Shown here piece after piece: positions 11,103-21,285 of a DNA stretch of 64,000 nt; position 1 is the first letter of the stretch, and the number at the start of each line of letters is the position of its first letter. The translations under genes were made by a program, and so were the position numbers. The stretch lies in NCBI GenBank assembly GCA_963717145.1, contig OY970325.1, positions 1-64,000 of the forward strand, written 5' to 3'. The DNA is from an uncultured Armatimonadetes bacterium (GTDB taxonomy: Bacteria; Armatimonadota; UBA5829; DTJY01). The notes under the pieces were generated by a model. That model searched no databases. It had not been told where the DNA came from and saw only the letters and a program-made list of their open reading frames with translations.

Positions 11103-12869
11103 TCAGACGGACGCGGGCCTCGTCCGTTTGCGGCCCAACTCTTCCCGGAGCTTGAGCAGCGGCAGGGTGTTGATCACGTCGGCTTTGGTGAGCCAGCCCT
11201 TGCGCGCGATCCCGGCGCCCAGGCGCAGGAACCCGGCCTGCTCCGAACGGTGCGCGTCCGGGTTGATGACGCACTTCACGCCCTTGCTCTTGGCGTAGGG
11301 CCAGAGCCGCCAGTCGAGATCGAACCGGAGCGGGTTGCAGTTCAGCTCGATCCAAGTGCCCGTTTCGGCACAGGCATCGATGACCGCCTGCTGGTTCACC
11401 TTGTAGGGTTCGCGCTCCAGGAGCAGCCGGCCGGTCAGGTGGCCGAGCATGTGCACGCAGGGGTTTTGCGCGGCGCGGATGAACCGCTTGGTGGTTTCGG
11501 CCTCGTTCTGCGAAAAGCCTTGGTGCAGGCTGGCGATCACCACATCCAGCTCCGCCAGCAGATCGTCATCGAAATCCAGCCGCCCCTCGGCCAGGATGTC
11601 CACCTCGGTTCCCGAAAGCAGCCGCACGTTTCGGCCCTCGTCCTTCAGCCGCTGATTCAGGTCGCGGATGGCCTGAATTTGCTTTCGCAGTTTCGCTGGC
11701 TCCAGCCCATTGGCCACGAACGAGGCCCGCGAGTGGTCGGTCACTGCCCAGTAATCGCAACCCAGCTCGTCGGCGAACTGCGCGATCTCCTCCAGACTCT
11801 CCCGGCCGTCGCTCCAGGTCGAGTGATTGTGCAGCGATCCCCGCAGGTCGGTCCATTCGACCAGGCGCGGGATCTTCCCTTGCTCGGCGGCCTCGAATTC
11901 GCCGTGGTCCTCCCGCAGCTCCGGCGGGATGTAGCTCAAGCCGAGCTTGTCGAAGACCTCTTCCTCGGTCTTGCAGGGCAGGCGCAGCTTGGGGTCACGG
12001 GTTTCCTCCTGGGACCGGAAGAGCCCGTATTCGTTCAGACGCAGCCCGCGCTGGATGGCCCGCTGGCGCATCACGATGTTGTGCTCCTTGCTGCCGGTGA
12101 AATACAGGAGCGCGAACGGATACTCGGAGTCGCTCACCACCCGCAGATCGGCCTGGATGCCGCCCTCGAGAATGACCGTGGCCTTGGTCTCGCCCTTGGC
12201 GCTGACGCTCAGCAGGCCCGGCTGGGTGGTGAAGAAGTCGATCACGTCGTGGGGATGCTTCGAGGACGCCAGGAAATCAACATCGCCGATGATCTCCTTG
12301 TGCCGGCGCACGCTGCCGCCCGTGCTGCACCGGATCACTTCCGGATGGCTCCGCAGCAGGTCCAGGATCGGCTCGGCGACGGTCAGGGCGTCGCTGAGCA
12401 GGTGACGGGAGGCATACTGGCGGCGGAAGCCGATGCCTTCGAGAATCTTGCTTTGCGTCTTGTCCCCGAACCCCTCCAAGCCCGCGATTTTTCCGGCCCG
12501 GCAGTCCTCTTCCAACTGGTCGATGCTCTCGATCTTGAGCCGGTCGTTAAGCGCTTTGACCTTCTTGGGGCCCAGCCCGGGGATGCGCAGCATGTCCACC
12601 AGCCCCGCGGGAACCGACGCCTTGAGCGCCTCATAATAATCCAATTTACCCGTGGTGACGAGTTCGCTGATCTTCTTCTGCAAACCCTCGCCGATGCCCT
12701 TAATTTCGCCGAGCCGGCTCTCGGCCACCACTTTGTCGAGCGGCTCCGTCAGCCCTTCGATGGCCCGGGCCGCATTCGAGTAGGCTCGAGTCTTGAAAGG
12801 ATTCTCGCCCTTCAACTCCAGCAGGGTGCCGATCTCGGTCAGGATTTCCGCCACTCGGTCTTTGTCCAT
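11103..12869 (-). CDS. polX: DNA polymerase X / PHP-domain 3'-5' exonuclease
   Basis: ENPFKTRAY, IPGLGPKK, GSVRR...GDVDF, YFTGSKEHN, HNHSTWSDG, TDHS, GHLTGR and NPDAH. Confidence 0.95.
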   Translation of the reverse strand: MDKDRVAEILTEIGTLLELKGENPFKTRAYSNAARAIEGLTEPLDKVVAESRLGEIKGIGEGLQKKISELVTTGKLDYYEALKASVPAGLVDMLRIPGLGPKKVKALNDRLKIESIDQLEEDCRAGKIAGLEGFGDKTQSKILEGIGFRRQYASRHLLSDALTVAEPILDLLRSHPEVIRCSTGGSVRRHKEIIGDVDFLASSKHPHDVIDFFTTQPGLLSVSAKGETKATVILEGGIQADLRVVSDSEYPFALLYFTGSKEHNIVMRQRAIQRGLRLNEYGLFRSQEETRDPKLRLPCKTEEEVFDKLGLSYIPPELREDHGEFEAAEQGKIPRLVEWTDLRGSLHNHSTWSDGRESLEEIAQFADELGCDYWAVTDHSRASFVANGLEPAKLRKQIQAIRDLNQRLKDEGRNVRLLSGTEVDILAEGRLDFDDDLLAELDVVIASLHQGFSQNEAETTKRFIRAAQNPCVHMLGHLTGRLLLEREPYKVNQQAVIDACAETGTWIELNCNPLRFDLDWRLWPYAKSKGVKCVINPDAHRSEQAGFLRLGAGIARKGWLTKADVINTLPLLKLREELGRKRTRPASV

Positions 12870-13037
12870 GCCGCAGTATAGGCGCGAATCAGGAAACGGG
12901 AAAGGGGGGAGCGCAAAACGTGAAGAGTAAAATGTTAGGCGTAAAACGTAAAACGGGAGACGGGAAGCGTGACGCGTGGAACGTGAAGCGTGTTACTTTT
13001 TTGTTTTCCCGGCGCGGATTCGAGGTCTAATGCCCGC

Positions 13038-13853
13038 ATGTTGAAACGAGCAGAACTGCCCATTGCCCTGACCATCGCCGGCTCGGACAGCGGCGGCGGC
13101 GCGGGCATCCAGGCCGACCTGAAGACGTTTGCCTCTTTGGGAGTCCACGGCACCAGCGTGATCACCTGCCTGACGGCTCAGAACCCGCGGGGGGTGACAG
13201 CGGTGCAGCCGGCCAGTCCGGACATGGTGCGGAAACAACTGGAGGCGGTCTTCGCCGAGCTGCGCCCGCGGGCGGCCAAAACAGGCATGTTGTTATCGGC
13301 CGAGACCATCGCAGCAGTGGCGCGATTCTGGAACCGCCGGAACCGGCCGCCGCTGGTGGTGGACCCGGTGATGGTGGCCACGAGCGGGGCCCGCCTGCTG
13401 CGGCCGGATGCGGTCGCGGCGATGCGCGAACTGCTGCTGCCTTTGGCTGATCTCATCACGCCCAACCTGGACGAGGCCGAGGCGCTGACCGGGTTTAAGA
13501 TCAAGGAAGTGGAGGACCTGCGCACCACGGCGAGACTGCTGAGCCGGCGTTACCGCTGCGCGGTGCTGGTCAAGGGCGGGCACCTGGCGGACACCCGGAA
13601 TGCCGTGGACATCTACTATCATCACCAGACCCGCACCGAGTTGTTGCTCACCGCCCCCTATGTGCGAGGGGTCTCCACCCATGGCACCGGCTGCACCTAT
13701 TCCGCGGCCATCACGGGATTCCTGGCCCGGGGCCTGGCGTTGCCGGACGCGGTGGCCAGGGCCAAGGAATACATCACGCAGGCCATCGCCCAGGGCCATC
13801 GCATCGCGGGCCACGATGTGCTGAACCCGTTCTGGGGTGGCCAAGTCCGATAA
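13038..13853 (+). CDS. thiD: Hydroxymethylpyrimidine/phosphomethylpyrimidine kinase
   Basis: [41 protein letters not shown] and THGTGCTYS. Confidence 0.96.
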   Translation: MLKRAELPIALTIAGSDSGGGAGIQADLKTFASLGVHGTSVITCLTAQNPRGVTAVQPASPDMVRKQLEAVFAELRPRAAKTGMLLSAETIAAVARFWNRRNRPPLVVDPVMVATSGARLLRPDAVAAMRELLLPLADLITPNLDEAEALTGFKIKEVEDLRTTARLLSRRYRCAVLVKGGHLADTRNAVDIYYHHQTRTELLLTAPYVRGVSTHGTGCTYSAAITGFLARGLALPDAVARAKEYITQAIAQGHRIAGHDVLNPFWGGQVR

Positions 13854-13855
13854 AC

Positions 13856-14650
13856 TCAGGGGATGAGCAGGATTTCGCCGCGTAGCCGGGCGACGCACCG
13901 GTCGGGCAAACGCGCGTCGATGGACCCGGCGGCCGGAGCCTCGCTCGCCGCATGGCCATCGCTGAACCAGGCGTTGGCCTTTCGCCGATGGCGGAAATGG
14001 GCGGTGGCTTCGGTGGCGTTGACATAGTAGAACTCCTCCAGCATGGGGTTCGATGGAGAGGCCGGAGCTTGAAAGGTGTTGATCTGCGCGGCATCGGCAA
14101 AAATGGCGGTGTCGGTCGTGCGGAGGATCCGGTTCGCGTTCTTTCCGGACAAATAGATGTTGTAGCCATAGCCATAGGCAGCTCCGTTGGCTTTGAGCTT
14201 GAAGCGGGGGTCGCCATAACGGAGGGAGGGACAGATTTCCACCCCGCGGCCTTGCAGGTAGGGATAGAGAGCCCCTTGGGAGGCATCGAACGCGCGATCC
14301 CCTTCACCGCCGCTCTGGATCCAGCCAAACCAATACACCTGCCCGCCGTTGGTCAGGGCGCCACGATACCGGAAGGACTCACCGTCGTGATCGTCCCAAT
14401 AGAGCTGTGCGGACAATCCGATCTGTCTCAGATTGCTCAGGCACTTGGCCTTGTGAGCGGCGCCACGGGCCGAAGAGAGCGTGGGCAACAGCAGCGCCGC
14501 CAGGATGCTGATAATCGCAATCGAAACCAACAACTCGATCAGAGTGAACGCGCGGCCGGCCAGGGCGGGCGGGTGCGGAATGGTCCACCCGGCCGGCACC
14601 GTCCGGTGTCGCGCCAACTTTCGCTGGCCCCGGTGTTGGTTGCCGTTCAT
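13856..14650 (-). CDS. Prepilin-type N-terminal cleavage/methylation domain protein with H-X9-DG motif
   Basis: [35 protein letters not shown] and C-terminal [16 protein letters not shown]. Confidence 0.92.
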   Translation of the reverse strand: MNGNQHRGQRKLARHRTVPAGWTIPHPPALAGRAFTLIELLVSIAIISILAALLLPTLSSARGAAHKAKCLSNLRQIGLSAQLYWDDHDGESFRYRGALTNGGQVYWFGWIQSGGEGDRAFDASQGALYPYLQGRGVEICPSLRYGDPRFKLKANGAAYGYGYNIYLSGKNANRILRTTDTAIFADAAQINTFQAPASPSNPMLEEFYYVNATEATAHFRHRRKANAWFSDGHAASEAPAAGSIDARLPDRCVARLRGEILLIP

Positions 14651-15654
14651 TGTCGCTGGGCGCTGGTCCGATAGAAGGCCGCGCCGGCTGCCGGGTGATT
14701 GGTTTCGGTCAGACGAAGCGTGGCGCCGGTGCCGGATTTTTCGATGGACACGGCCTCCCAGTTGGCGAGGTCGGTGCTCCGCTCCAACACATAGAACCAG
14801 TTGGTGCGCGTGGTGGTCTCCACCTGCCAGAGCTGGTCCGGAAACACCCCGGTGAGGCGCGGCCCGTCGGGCACAGTCACGAGTATGTTGTCCACCATCC
14901 CATGCGCCAGCACCGAATCGTAGGCATTCCCGGCGTCGCTGTAGCTGCTGATGGAGAGGGCGTTGACGCGGAAATCGGTGAAGGTGGGCCCCAGGACTGT
15001 GTTCTGCACCGGGCTGTAGGGCTGGCCGTTACGGAGCAAGCTGGTGGCCAGAGTCTGGTTGTCGGCGGTGTAGGCGAGCGTGACCCGGAACCAGTCATTG
15101 GGGGTCAGCTCCAACGGGGTCGTGAAGCTGGTGGCAAAGGCATGGTCGGTCGAGATGACGGTAGGCGAAACCGTGGGATCCAGGACGAACAGGCCCCACT
15201 CCGGGTCGTCATAGTAGCCCGACGGAAAGTAATCGAACTCGACCACATTGGCGGGGTTACCGTAAACGCCCCGTTGGAAGCCTCCGTTGGTCGCCTGGAG
15301 CAGATCCAGGAAGCCGATTGCGATCTCAAAGGGACCGGTGCGACCTGGGGCCACGCCGCCGGCGATATCGGACAGGCGCAGATCGAAGGCCAGGGTGAAA
15401 TCGTCGTCCTTGGCAAGCGTTGTGCCCAGCGGAAGATAGAAGTAGCTGTTTGGCCGGGTTGAATCCCAGGTCACCTCGATGTTCTGGCTGGCTGGATTCC
15501 AGTGAAAAGCCTCCACTTCGCCGAATTGCCGCCACCCGCGAGCGGCGGGGTCTGAGGCAAAGTCCTCCTGGATGGCCGCCGCCGGGCCGTAGAGGACTTG
15601 AACAAGCAGCATCGCGCCCGCGGTGGCCGGGGCCCAACCATTCGAGGTCGTCAT
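14647..15654 (-). CDS. Secreted beta-sandwich protein of unknown function with C-terminal FYR-type domain
   Basis: ATG at 15654 with a signal-like N-terminus ending AAA-IQEDF. The body is beta-rich and the C-terminus reads [12 protein letters not shown]...FYRT. The stop overlaps the prepilin start (ATGA), indicating translational coupling. Confidence 0.75.
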   Translation of the reverse strand: MTTSNGWAPATAGAMLLVQVLYGPAAAIQEDFASDPAARGWRQFGEVEAFHWNPASQNIEVTWDSTRPNSYFYLPLGTTLAKDDDFTLAFDLRLSDIAGGVAPGRTGPFEIAIGFLDLLQATNGGFQRGVYGNPANVVEFDYFPSGYYDDPEWGLFVLDPTVSPTVISTDHAFATSFTTPLELTPNDWFRVTLAYTADNQTLATSLLRNGQPYSPVQNTVLGPTFTDFRVNALSISSYSDAGNAYDSVLAHGMVDNILVTVPDGPRLTGVFPDQLWQVETTTRTNWFYVLERSTDLANWEAVSIEKSGTGATLRLTETNHPAAGAAFYRTSAQRQ

Positions 15655-15764
15655 TTGACTGGTCTTTCCATTGGCTCTGCGCCGGGCGCGGAGCGCTTTT
15701 CTTTTGGGTTGAGAGACCAGGGCGGAGCCGGAGGGAGTTCTCCGGGCGGCCAGGGGGGCGGCAC

Positions 15765-15810
15765 AAAATGAAAAAACCCTCAGACTCCGCAACGCGGCGA
15801 ATGAAGGCAT
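15765..15810 (-). terminator. Putative intrinsic terminator/attenuator in the riboswitch leader
   Basis: The minus strand reads gccttca-ttcgc-cgcgtt-gcgga-gtc-tgagggt followed by TTTTTcaTTTT, a bulged stem with a U-tract upstream of the 15654 start. Confidence 0.55.
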
Positions 15811-15909
15811 CCATCGGTTCCCACCCCGACCGGCGGGGCGGCTTGGCCTCATCCTTCTCTGGTGCGGAGAAGTGGCCGGGCCACAGGCCCGGCCTGACAA
15901 GCGCAGCCC

Positions 15910-16083
15910 GACCGGTATCCTGACTTGGGGCCTGCCTTCCTCCCGCCTTCCCGCCGCGCACGCGCGGCAGTGGCCGTGGGAGGTCGTATCCCGTCACAGT
16001 GGCGCAACCGTCCCCGATTCTCACGGGGTTCCCAGTCACCGGGCTGCAAGCTGCCGGCATCGCCGGCAGCCATTTCAAAGAAC
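15910..16083 (-). ncRNA. Cobalamin (B12) riboswitch
   Basis: The minus strand reads GGGAAccccgTGAGAATcggggACGGttGCGCCACTGTga...GCCACTG...GGGAAGGC...AAGTCAGGATACC, i.e. the canonical B12 element motifs including the B12 box. Confidence 0.93.
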
Positions 16084-16089
16084 GTCTCC

Positions 16090-16118
16090 TTGATAAAGGC
16101 CCCCCCGCCCTTTGGCAA
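16090..16118 (-). promoter_or_regulatory. Putative sigma70 promoter for the riboswitch leader
   Basis: TTGCCA-17 nt-TATCAA on the minus strand, just 5' of the riboswitch. Confidence 0.5.
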
Positions 16119-16123
16119 CGAAA

Positions 16124-17165
16124 TTATTTCGGCAGTTGCTCCCGGTACTGGGTGGGAGACTGGCCGATGATCTTTTTGAAGACGCGGTTGAAGTGGGTCA
16201 GCGACTGGAAGCCGACCTCGAAGGCAATCTCGCTGATCCTCAGGCTCGGGTTGAGCAGCAGGTTCTTGGCCTTCTCGATCCGCACCCGGGACAGGTAGTC
16301 GGTGAAATTGATCCCGGTGACCCGCTTGAAGAGCTTGCAGAAGTAGTAGGTGCTGGTGTTGACGGCCCGGGCCACCTGGCCCAGCGACAGTTCCTCTCCC
16401 TGGTGCTCCAGGATGAACTCCTTGGCGCGGGTGATGACCCGCGGTTCGGCGTGTTCCTGGTGCACCAGCACCTGGTTGCTGACGATGGCCAGGTGCTGGG
16501 CGAAAATGCTCAGCAGCCTGATGACTGAATCGGTACTGGCGCGGCGACACCACCCGCGCCGCGTGATACGCCTGGCGCAACGTCTCCGCCTCCTCGTCAA
16601 TGCCCCACCGCCGCAGCAGCTTCAAGGTCCGCTCGAACTGGGCTGGGGTGGGTTTTCGGCGGAAGACCTGCCCGGTCTGCAAAAAGCCGATCAACTGTTC
16701 TCCCAGCCGCACCGGCACCGCGGCATCGCAAAAGCCGGCCGGGCAGGTCAACGTCTGCGGTTCGCAGGCGGCGCTCTCGGAGAGCGCCTGCTGGACCTGG
16801 AGGCATACCCCGCTGGAGCGGCTCTTCTTGGCCATCAGCGCGCAGAACGGGTTCTCGCTCTTGTGCCCATGAAAGGGAAGCTGCCAGGACTCGACCGGGC
16901 GCAGCGTCACCAGCATGCCGGTGGCGTCCGTGAAGGCGCGCTGGTAATCCTGATAAATCTTGGAACTGACCAGCGCTTCCACCAGCGTGCGTGAGTTGCC
17001 GGAAGCCGGCCCCTTGCCTGGAACGGGCGGTCCGGGCTGCACTCGAGAGGAGCGGTCGGGCGGATTCTGCCGGCGCATCGCGGGAGCCGGGCCGGCTGGC
17101 CCCTCGTCCACCGCCGTCGGCAGATTCCGGCTGGCTCCGTTGTGCTGGGCAAAAGTTGGTGCCAC
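16124..17165 (-). CDS. AraC-family regulator with N-terminal PocR ligand-binding domain (apparent frameshift near 16540; start uncertain)
   Basis: PocR-like [10 protein letters not shown]...NPFCALM...[27 protein letters not shown] in ORF 15849..17165. Ara[15 protein letters not shown]...[32 protein letters not shown] in ORF 16124..16600. Confidence 0.88.
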
Positions 17166-17334
17166 GGGGACAATTTATGGCCATAGTGCATCCGACTCAA
17201 GCGGAATATGCGCCGGCGGAAAAACAAAGTTGCTGCGGGGGACAATTGGAAGTAAAGGAGGGGTCAGGCCGGGGCGACGCAGGGCCCACCCTGCGGACGA
17301 GCGGGCGGGCGCGCGGCTCCGGCGCGACGGTCCA

Positions 17335-18435
17335 TTGAAATTCATTGACGAATATCGTGACGCGGATCAGGCCGGTCATTACAGAGACGCCTTGCGGCGG
17401 CTGGTGACACGGCCGTGGACTGTGATGGAAATCTGCGGCGGGCAGACGCACGCCATCCTCAAGTTCGGGGTGGACGAGCTGTTGCCCGACCGGGTGACGC
17501 TGGTCCACGGGCCCGGATGTCCGGTCTGTGTCACGCCCCTGGAAATGATCGACAAGGCCATCGAGATCGCCTCGCGGCCCGGTGTGATCTTCTGTTCCTT
17601 TGGCGACATGCTGCGGGTGCCGGGCAGCCGGGAGGACCTGTTCTCGGTCAAGAGCCGGGGCGGGGACGTGCGGATCGTGTATTCGCCGGTGGAGGCGGCC
17701 CGGCTGGCCGGGGAGCACCCCGACCGGCCCGTGGTCTTCTTCGCAGTCGGCTTTGAAACCACGGCTCCGGCCAATGCCATGGCGGTGCTCCAGGCGCATC
17801 GGGACAAGCTGACCAACTTCTCGCTGCTCGTGTCCCACGTGCTGGTGCCCCCGGCGCTGGAGGCCATCCTGTCCTCGCCTGCCAATCGGGTGCAGGCCTT
17901 TCTGGCGGCGGGGCACGTTTGCACGGTCATGGGCTACGAGGAATACGAGCCCGTCGCCCTGAAATATCGGGTGCCGATCGTGGTGACGGGATTCGAGCCG
18001 CTGGATATTCTCCAGGGGATCCACATGGCGCTGCAGCAGCTCGAGTCCGGCCGGGCCGAGGTGGAGAATCAGTATGCCCGCTCAGTGCGCCGGCAGGGCA
18101 ATCCCGCGGCCCGCCAGGTCCTGCGGGAGGTCTTCGAGGTGGTGCCCCGCAAATGGCGGGGGCTGGGCGAGATTCCGCGCAGCGGATTGGGCCTGCGGGC
18201 TCCTTACGCGGCGTTCGATGCCGAGAAGAAATTCAACCTGGAAGACCGGGTGGTGCCGGAGCCGGCGGAGTGCATGAGCGGCCTGGTTTTGCAGGGGGTG
18301 AAGAAACCGCACGAGTGTCCAGCCTTCGGCGCGCGCTGCACGCCCGAGCACCCCTTGGGGGCCACCATGGTGTCGAACGAGGGCGCTTGTGCCGCCTATT
18401 ACCGCTACCGTCGCCCGGCCCCTGTGCGCTCCTGA
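17335..18435 (+). CDS. hypD: Hydrogenase maturation protein HypD
   Basis: TTG start giving MKFIDEYRD, then [28 protein letters not shown] and [15 protein letters not shown]. Confidence 0.96.
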   Translation: MKFIDEYRDADQAGHYRDALRRLVTRPWTVMEICGGQTHAILKFGVDELLPDRVTLVHGPGCPVCVTPLEMIDKAIEIASRPGVIFCSFGDMLRVPGSREDLFSVKSRGGDVRIVYSPVEAARLAGEHPDRPVVFFAVGFETTAPANAMAVLQAHRDKLTNFSLLVSHVLVPPALEAILSSPANRVQAFLAAGHVCTVMGYEEYEPVALKYRVPIVVTGFEPLDILQGIHMALQQLESGRAEVENQYARSVRRQGNPAARQVLREVFEVVPRKWRGLGEIPRSGLGLRAPYAAFDAEKKFNLEDRVVPEPAECMSGLVLQGVKKPHECPAFGARCTPEHPLGATMVSNEGACAAYYRYRRPAPVRS

Positions 18436-18441
18436 GCTGCC

Positions 18442-19491
18442 ATGCCTTCCGACTTCGACCTTGCCTGTCCGGTTCCCTTCCAGGATTCGGCCCATGTCAC
18501 GCTGGCGCATGGCGGGGGCGGCCGCCTGACTCAGCAGTTGATCGATCGCCTCCTGGCCCCGGCCTTCGCGAATCCGTTTTTGGGCCAGAAGCACGATGGG
18601 GCGGTGGTCGAGGTGGCAGGCCAGCCGGTGGCGTTCACCACCGATTCCTACGTGGTCCACCCCCTGTTCTTTCCCGGCGGAGACATCGGCACCCTGGCGG
18701 TCAATGGGACCGTGAATGATCTGGCGATGTGCGGAGCCCGGGCTCAATGGCTTAGCTGTGGCCTGATTCTCGAGGAGGGACTGCCCATGGAGACGCTGGC
18801 GCGCGTGGTCCGGTCCATGCAGCAGGCGGCCGCAGCGGCGGGGGTCCAGATCGTTACCGGCGACACCAAAGTGGTGGACAAAGGGCGGGGGGACGGGCTC
18901 TACATCAACACCGCGGGGATGGGACTGGTGAGGAGCCGCCAACCCATAGCGCCCGCCCGCGTCCGGCCGGGAGACGCCGTGCTCCTCAGCGGTGACCTGG
19001 GACGGCACGGCATGGCCATCATGTCGGTGCGGGAAGGCCTCCAGTTTGAGAGCACCATCCAGAGCGATTGTGCTCCCCTGGTTGATTCGGTCATGGCGTT
19101 AATCGATGCGGGCATCGACATTCATTGCCTGCGCGATCTGACTCGCGGGGGGCTGGCGTCCGCCCTGAACGAGATCGCCGTGGCCGGCGGGGTGCAGATC
19201 GCCATCGAGGAATCCGCCGTCCGGGTGGAGGATCAGGTGAGGGGGGCCTGCGAGATCCTGGGCTTGGACCCCCTTTACGTGGCCAACGAGGGGCGTTTTG
19301 CGGCCTTCGTGGCGGCATCGGATTCGGAAAAAGCTCTCGCCGTCCTCCGCAGCCATTCCGACAGCGAGCGGGCCAACCGGATCGGAACGGTGAGTGGCGA
19401 TTCTCCGGGGCTTGTCACCGTGAGAAGCCGGATCGGGGTGGACCGGGTGCTGGATCTCCTGAGCGGGGAGCAGCTTCCCCGCATTTGCTGA
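18442..19491 (+). CDS. hypE: Hydrogenase maturation protein HypE
   Basis: [44 protein letters not shown] and terminal PRIC. Confidence 0.97.
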   Translation: MPSDFDLACPVPFQDSAHVTLAHGGGGRLTQQLIDRLLAPAFANPFLGQKHDGAVVEVAGQPVAFTTDSYVVHPLFFPGGDIGTLAVNGTVNDLAMCGARAQWLSCGLILEEGLPMETLARVVRSMQQAAAAAGVQIVTGDTKVVDKGRGDGLYINTAGMGLVRSRQPIAPARVRPGDAVLLSGDLGRHGMAIMSVREGLQFESTIQSDCAPLVDSVMALIDAGIDIHCLRDLTRGGLASALNEIAVAGGVQIAIEESAVRVEDQVRGACEILGLDPLYVANEGRFAAFVAASDSEKALAVLRSHSDSERANRIGTVSGDSPGLVTVRSRIGVDRVLDLLSGEQLPRIC

Positions 19492-19579
19492 ACCTTTGGA
19501 CTTTCAGGGCGGGGGCGGTGTCTTCTTGACTTTTGCTCCGGGCGGGTCGAAGAGTCATCAGGCTTGCGAAGTGGAAACG

Positions 19580-20464
19580 ATGAAACGATTTCTAATTATC
19601 ATCAATCTCGTCTTCCTGTTCGCGGTGGTGTGTCTGTGCGGAGTGCTGGCGGCGCAGCGGTCCGCCAACCGCCGGCTGGAGCAGTCGCTCGCTCGGGCCA
19701 ACCAGACCCTGAAAGAGCTTCAGGCCGCCCGGGAAAAGACCAACGATGTCCATGAAGGCTGTCGCGCCCGCATTGGGGAATTGACCCGCTCCTTCAACGC
19801 GGCGGCGGACCAGTTGATCGCAATGAGCCTGCGGGTGCGGGAACTGGAAGGCCGGGCCCACGTTGAGGTCGCACCCTCCGTGACCGACGCCTCTCCGGCT
19901 TCGAACCAGGCGGCTTCGGTTATGCCGCGTGCTCCAGCATCCCCGGCCAGAGCGGGTGCTCCCTCTGGGTCGCGCTTCTTTGGAACCCTCTATGGAACCA
20001 ACCACCAGGTGCTGGGCCGCAACCTGGATTACAGCGCCGTTTATGGTCGCCGGGTGGCCTTCAAGGAAATCGGTTCGTCCCGCCGGGTGGCTTTTGACGT
20101 GGACCAACTGGACCCCGGGGTGCTGGCTGATCTCGGAATCAATGCGGAGACTCAAAAGGCCCTGCACCTGCGCCAGGAAAGGGCTTGGCAACAAGCCGAG
20201 GCCGCTTCGTTGGCGCTGGCGGCGGCCGAAGAACAACGGCGCCGGGAGCAGCAGGCCGCCCGGGAGGAAGCGGAAAGGAAACGCCTCGAGCAGTTAGAGG
20301 CTCAAGCGGCCCGGGATGCGGCGAATGCTGAAACGCAGGCGGGGGTCTCGCCGGAGAATCCGACCGGTCGGATGCAAGACATGTATATGGTTGATCCGTT
20401 CGCCCCGGGCCCTCCCATCCCGTTTCGGGTGCCGCCCTGGTGGGTGCGCCCCCGTCCCTGGTGA
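19580..20464 (+). CDS. Hypothetical membrane-anchored coiled-coil protein
   Basis: N-terminal hydrophobic helix (FLIIINLVFLFAVVCLCGVL), two coiled-coil-like stretches and a Pro-rich tail. Confidence 0.65.
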   Translation: MKRFLIIINLVFLFAVVCLCGVLAAQRSANRRLEQSLARANQTLKELQAAREKTNDVHEGCRARIGELTRSFNAAADQLIAMSLRVRELEGRAHVEVAPSVTDASPASNQAASVMPRAPASPARAGAPSGSRFFGTLYGTNHQVLGRNLDYSAVYGRRVAFKEIGSSRRVAFDVDQLDPGVLADLGINAETQKALHLRQERAWQQAEAASLALAAAEEQRRREQQAAREEAERKRLEQLEAQAARDAANAETQAGVSPENPTGRMQDMYMVDPFAPGPPIPFRVPPWWVRPRPW

Positions 20465-20702
20465 ATCGACGGGAGAAAAGGAGGCGGCCCGCGTATTAGT
20501 GGGAGGGAGTCAGCATCGCGGGCCACCGGAGTCGGCGACAACTCCAGACATTATATCGGAAGATTGCCGGAGGGACTTTAGAGCATTTTCACTCGCTTCA
20601 TAGCCGCAAAAGAACGCAAAGACACTGGAGTGTTGACTGGGAGCATCGGCTGTAGCGTTGGTTAAACAGCGCGAGGGGGAACGCCACGAAGGCGCGCGTT
20701 TC

Positions 20703-20983
20703 TTCTTGAGGGAAGGCTCTATGATTCAGCGATCGCCCCTTGGGACCAGGAACCGGGTAGGGACGCCTCGCTGAGGCGTCCGCTCCCCGACGGACCGCTC
20801 GGCCCGCCGTCGCCGGGCTTTGGCGGGGCGAGCGAGCGGTCCCTACCAGAGTCACGGTTCATGGAAAGCCTCCATGATTCAGCAATCACGTGTTGGGACC
20901 ATGAACCTCGGCGTAGCGGCGCTCGGCAGAGCGCCGGTGACTGCGCCTTGGCAGGAGATGGCGGCTCTCTGCCGAGAGCCGCT
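20703..20983. repeat. Mosaic array: 52-bp unit / REPIN / 52-bp unit / REPIN (last REPIN interrupted by an IS)
   Basis: Degenerate unit at 20703-20754, GTAG..CTAC at 20757-20846, unit with perfect 9-bp ends at 20856-20907, and GTAGCGGCGCTCGGCAGAGCGCCG from 20913. Confidence 0.8.
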
Positions 20984-21031
20984 CTGGAGTTTGGCCCTGA
21001 CTAGATGCGCCCGCATGGCGTGCCTTTTTTG

Positions 21032-21061
21032 TTGACATATATCTAGTCTTATGACTAGATT
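21032..21061 (+). promoter_or_regulatory. IS promoter with overlapping palindromic operator
   Basis: TTGACA-18 nt-TAGATT. Inverted repeat ATCTAGTC-ttat-GACTAGAT at 21041-21060, with an extra GACTAGAT half-site at 20999-21006. Confidence 0.7.
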
Positions 21062-21069
21062 AGCCCCGT

Positions 21070-21285
21070 ATGGGTTATCCCACGAAACTCCAGTGTATCC
21101 AACGCCAGGACTCCCAGCAGTTCTACATCAACTTCCCCACCCCCCTGGCTCAAGCCCTCGACTTCCAAAAAGGCGAGCAGCTCGAATGGACCATCGTGGA
21201 CAAGGGGCACTTGGTCCTCTCCCGCCAGTTGGTGCCCCCAGACCCGGTCCCGTTCAAAAAAAAACCTCCCTCCTGCAAAACCTGA
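21070..21285 (+). CDS. IS orfA, small AbrB/MazE-like DNA-binding protein
   Basis: 71 aa. QFYINFPTPLAQALDFQKGEQLEWTI fits the swapped-hairpin (AbrB) pattern. The ORF ends over an A9 run (KKK). Confidence 0.7.
   Translation: MGYPTKLQCIQRQDSQQFYINFPTPLAQALDFQKGEQLEWTIVDKGHLVLSRQLVPPDPVPFKKKPPSCKT

Noticed and set aside
10749-12881. Long antisense ORFs (e.g. 10749..12881, 1591..3822, 33289..36648, 60185..62734)
   Set aside because: These are shadow frames of well-supported genes on the opposite strand, as expected in high-GC DNA.
17148-17166. Sigma-54 promoter-like TGGCAC...TTGC on the minus strand
   Set aside because: The GG-to-GC spacing is 11 nt instead of the required 10.
20856-20907. Integron attC site interpretation of the 52-bp unit
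   Set aside because: It lacks the RYYYAAC...GTTRRRY arrangement, does not follow gene cassettes, and no integron integrase is present.
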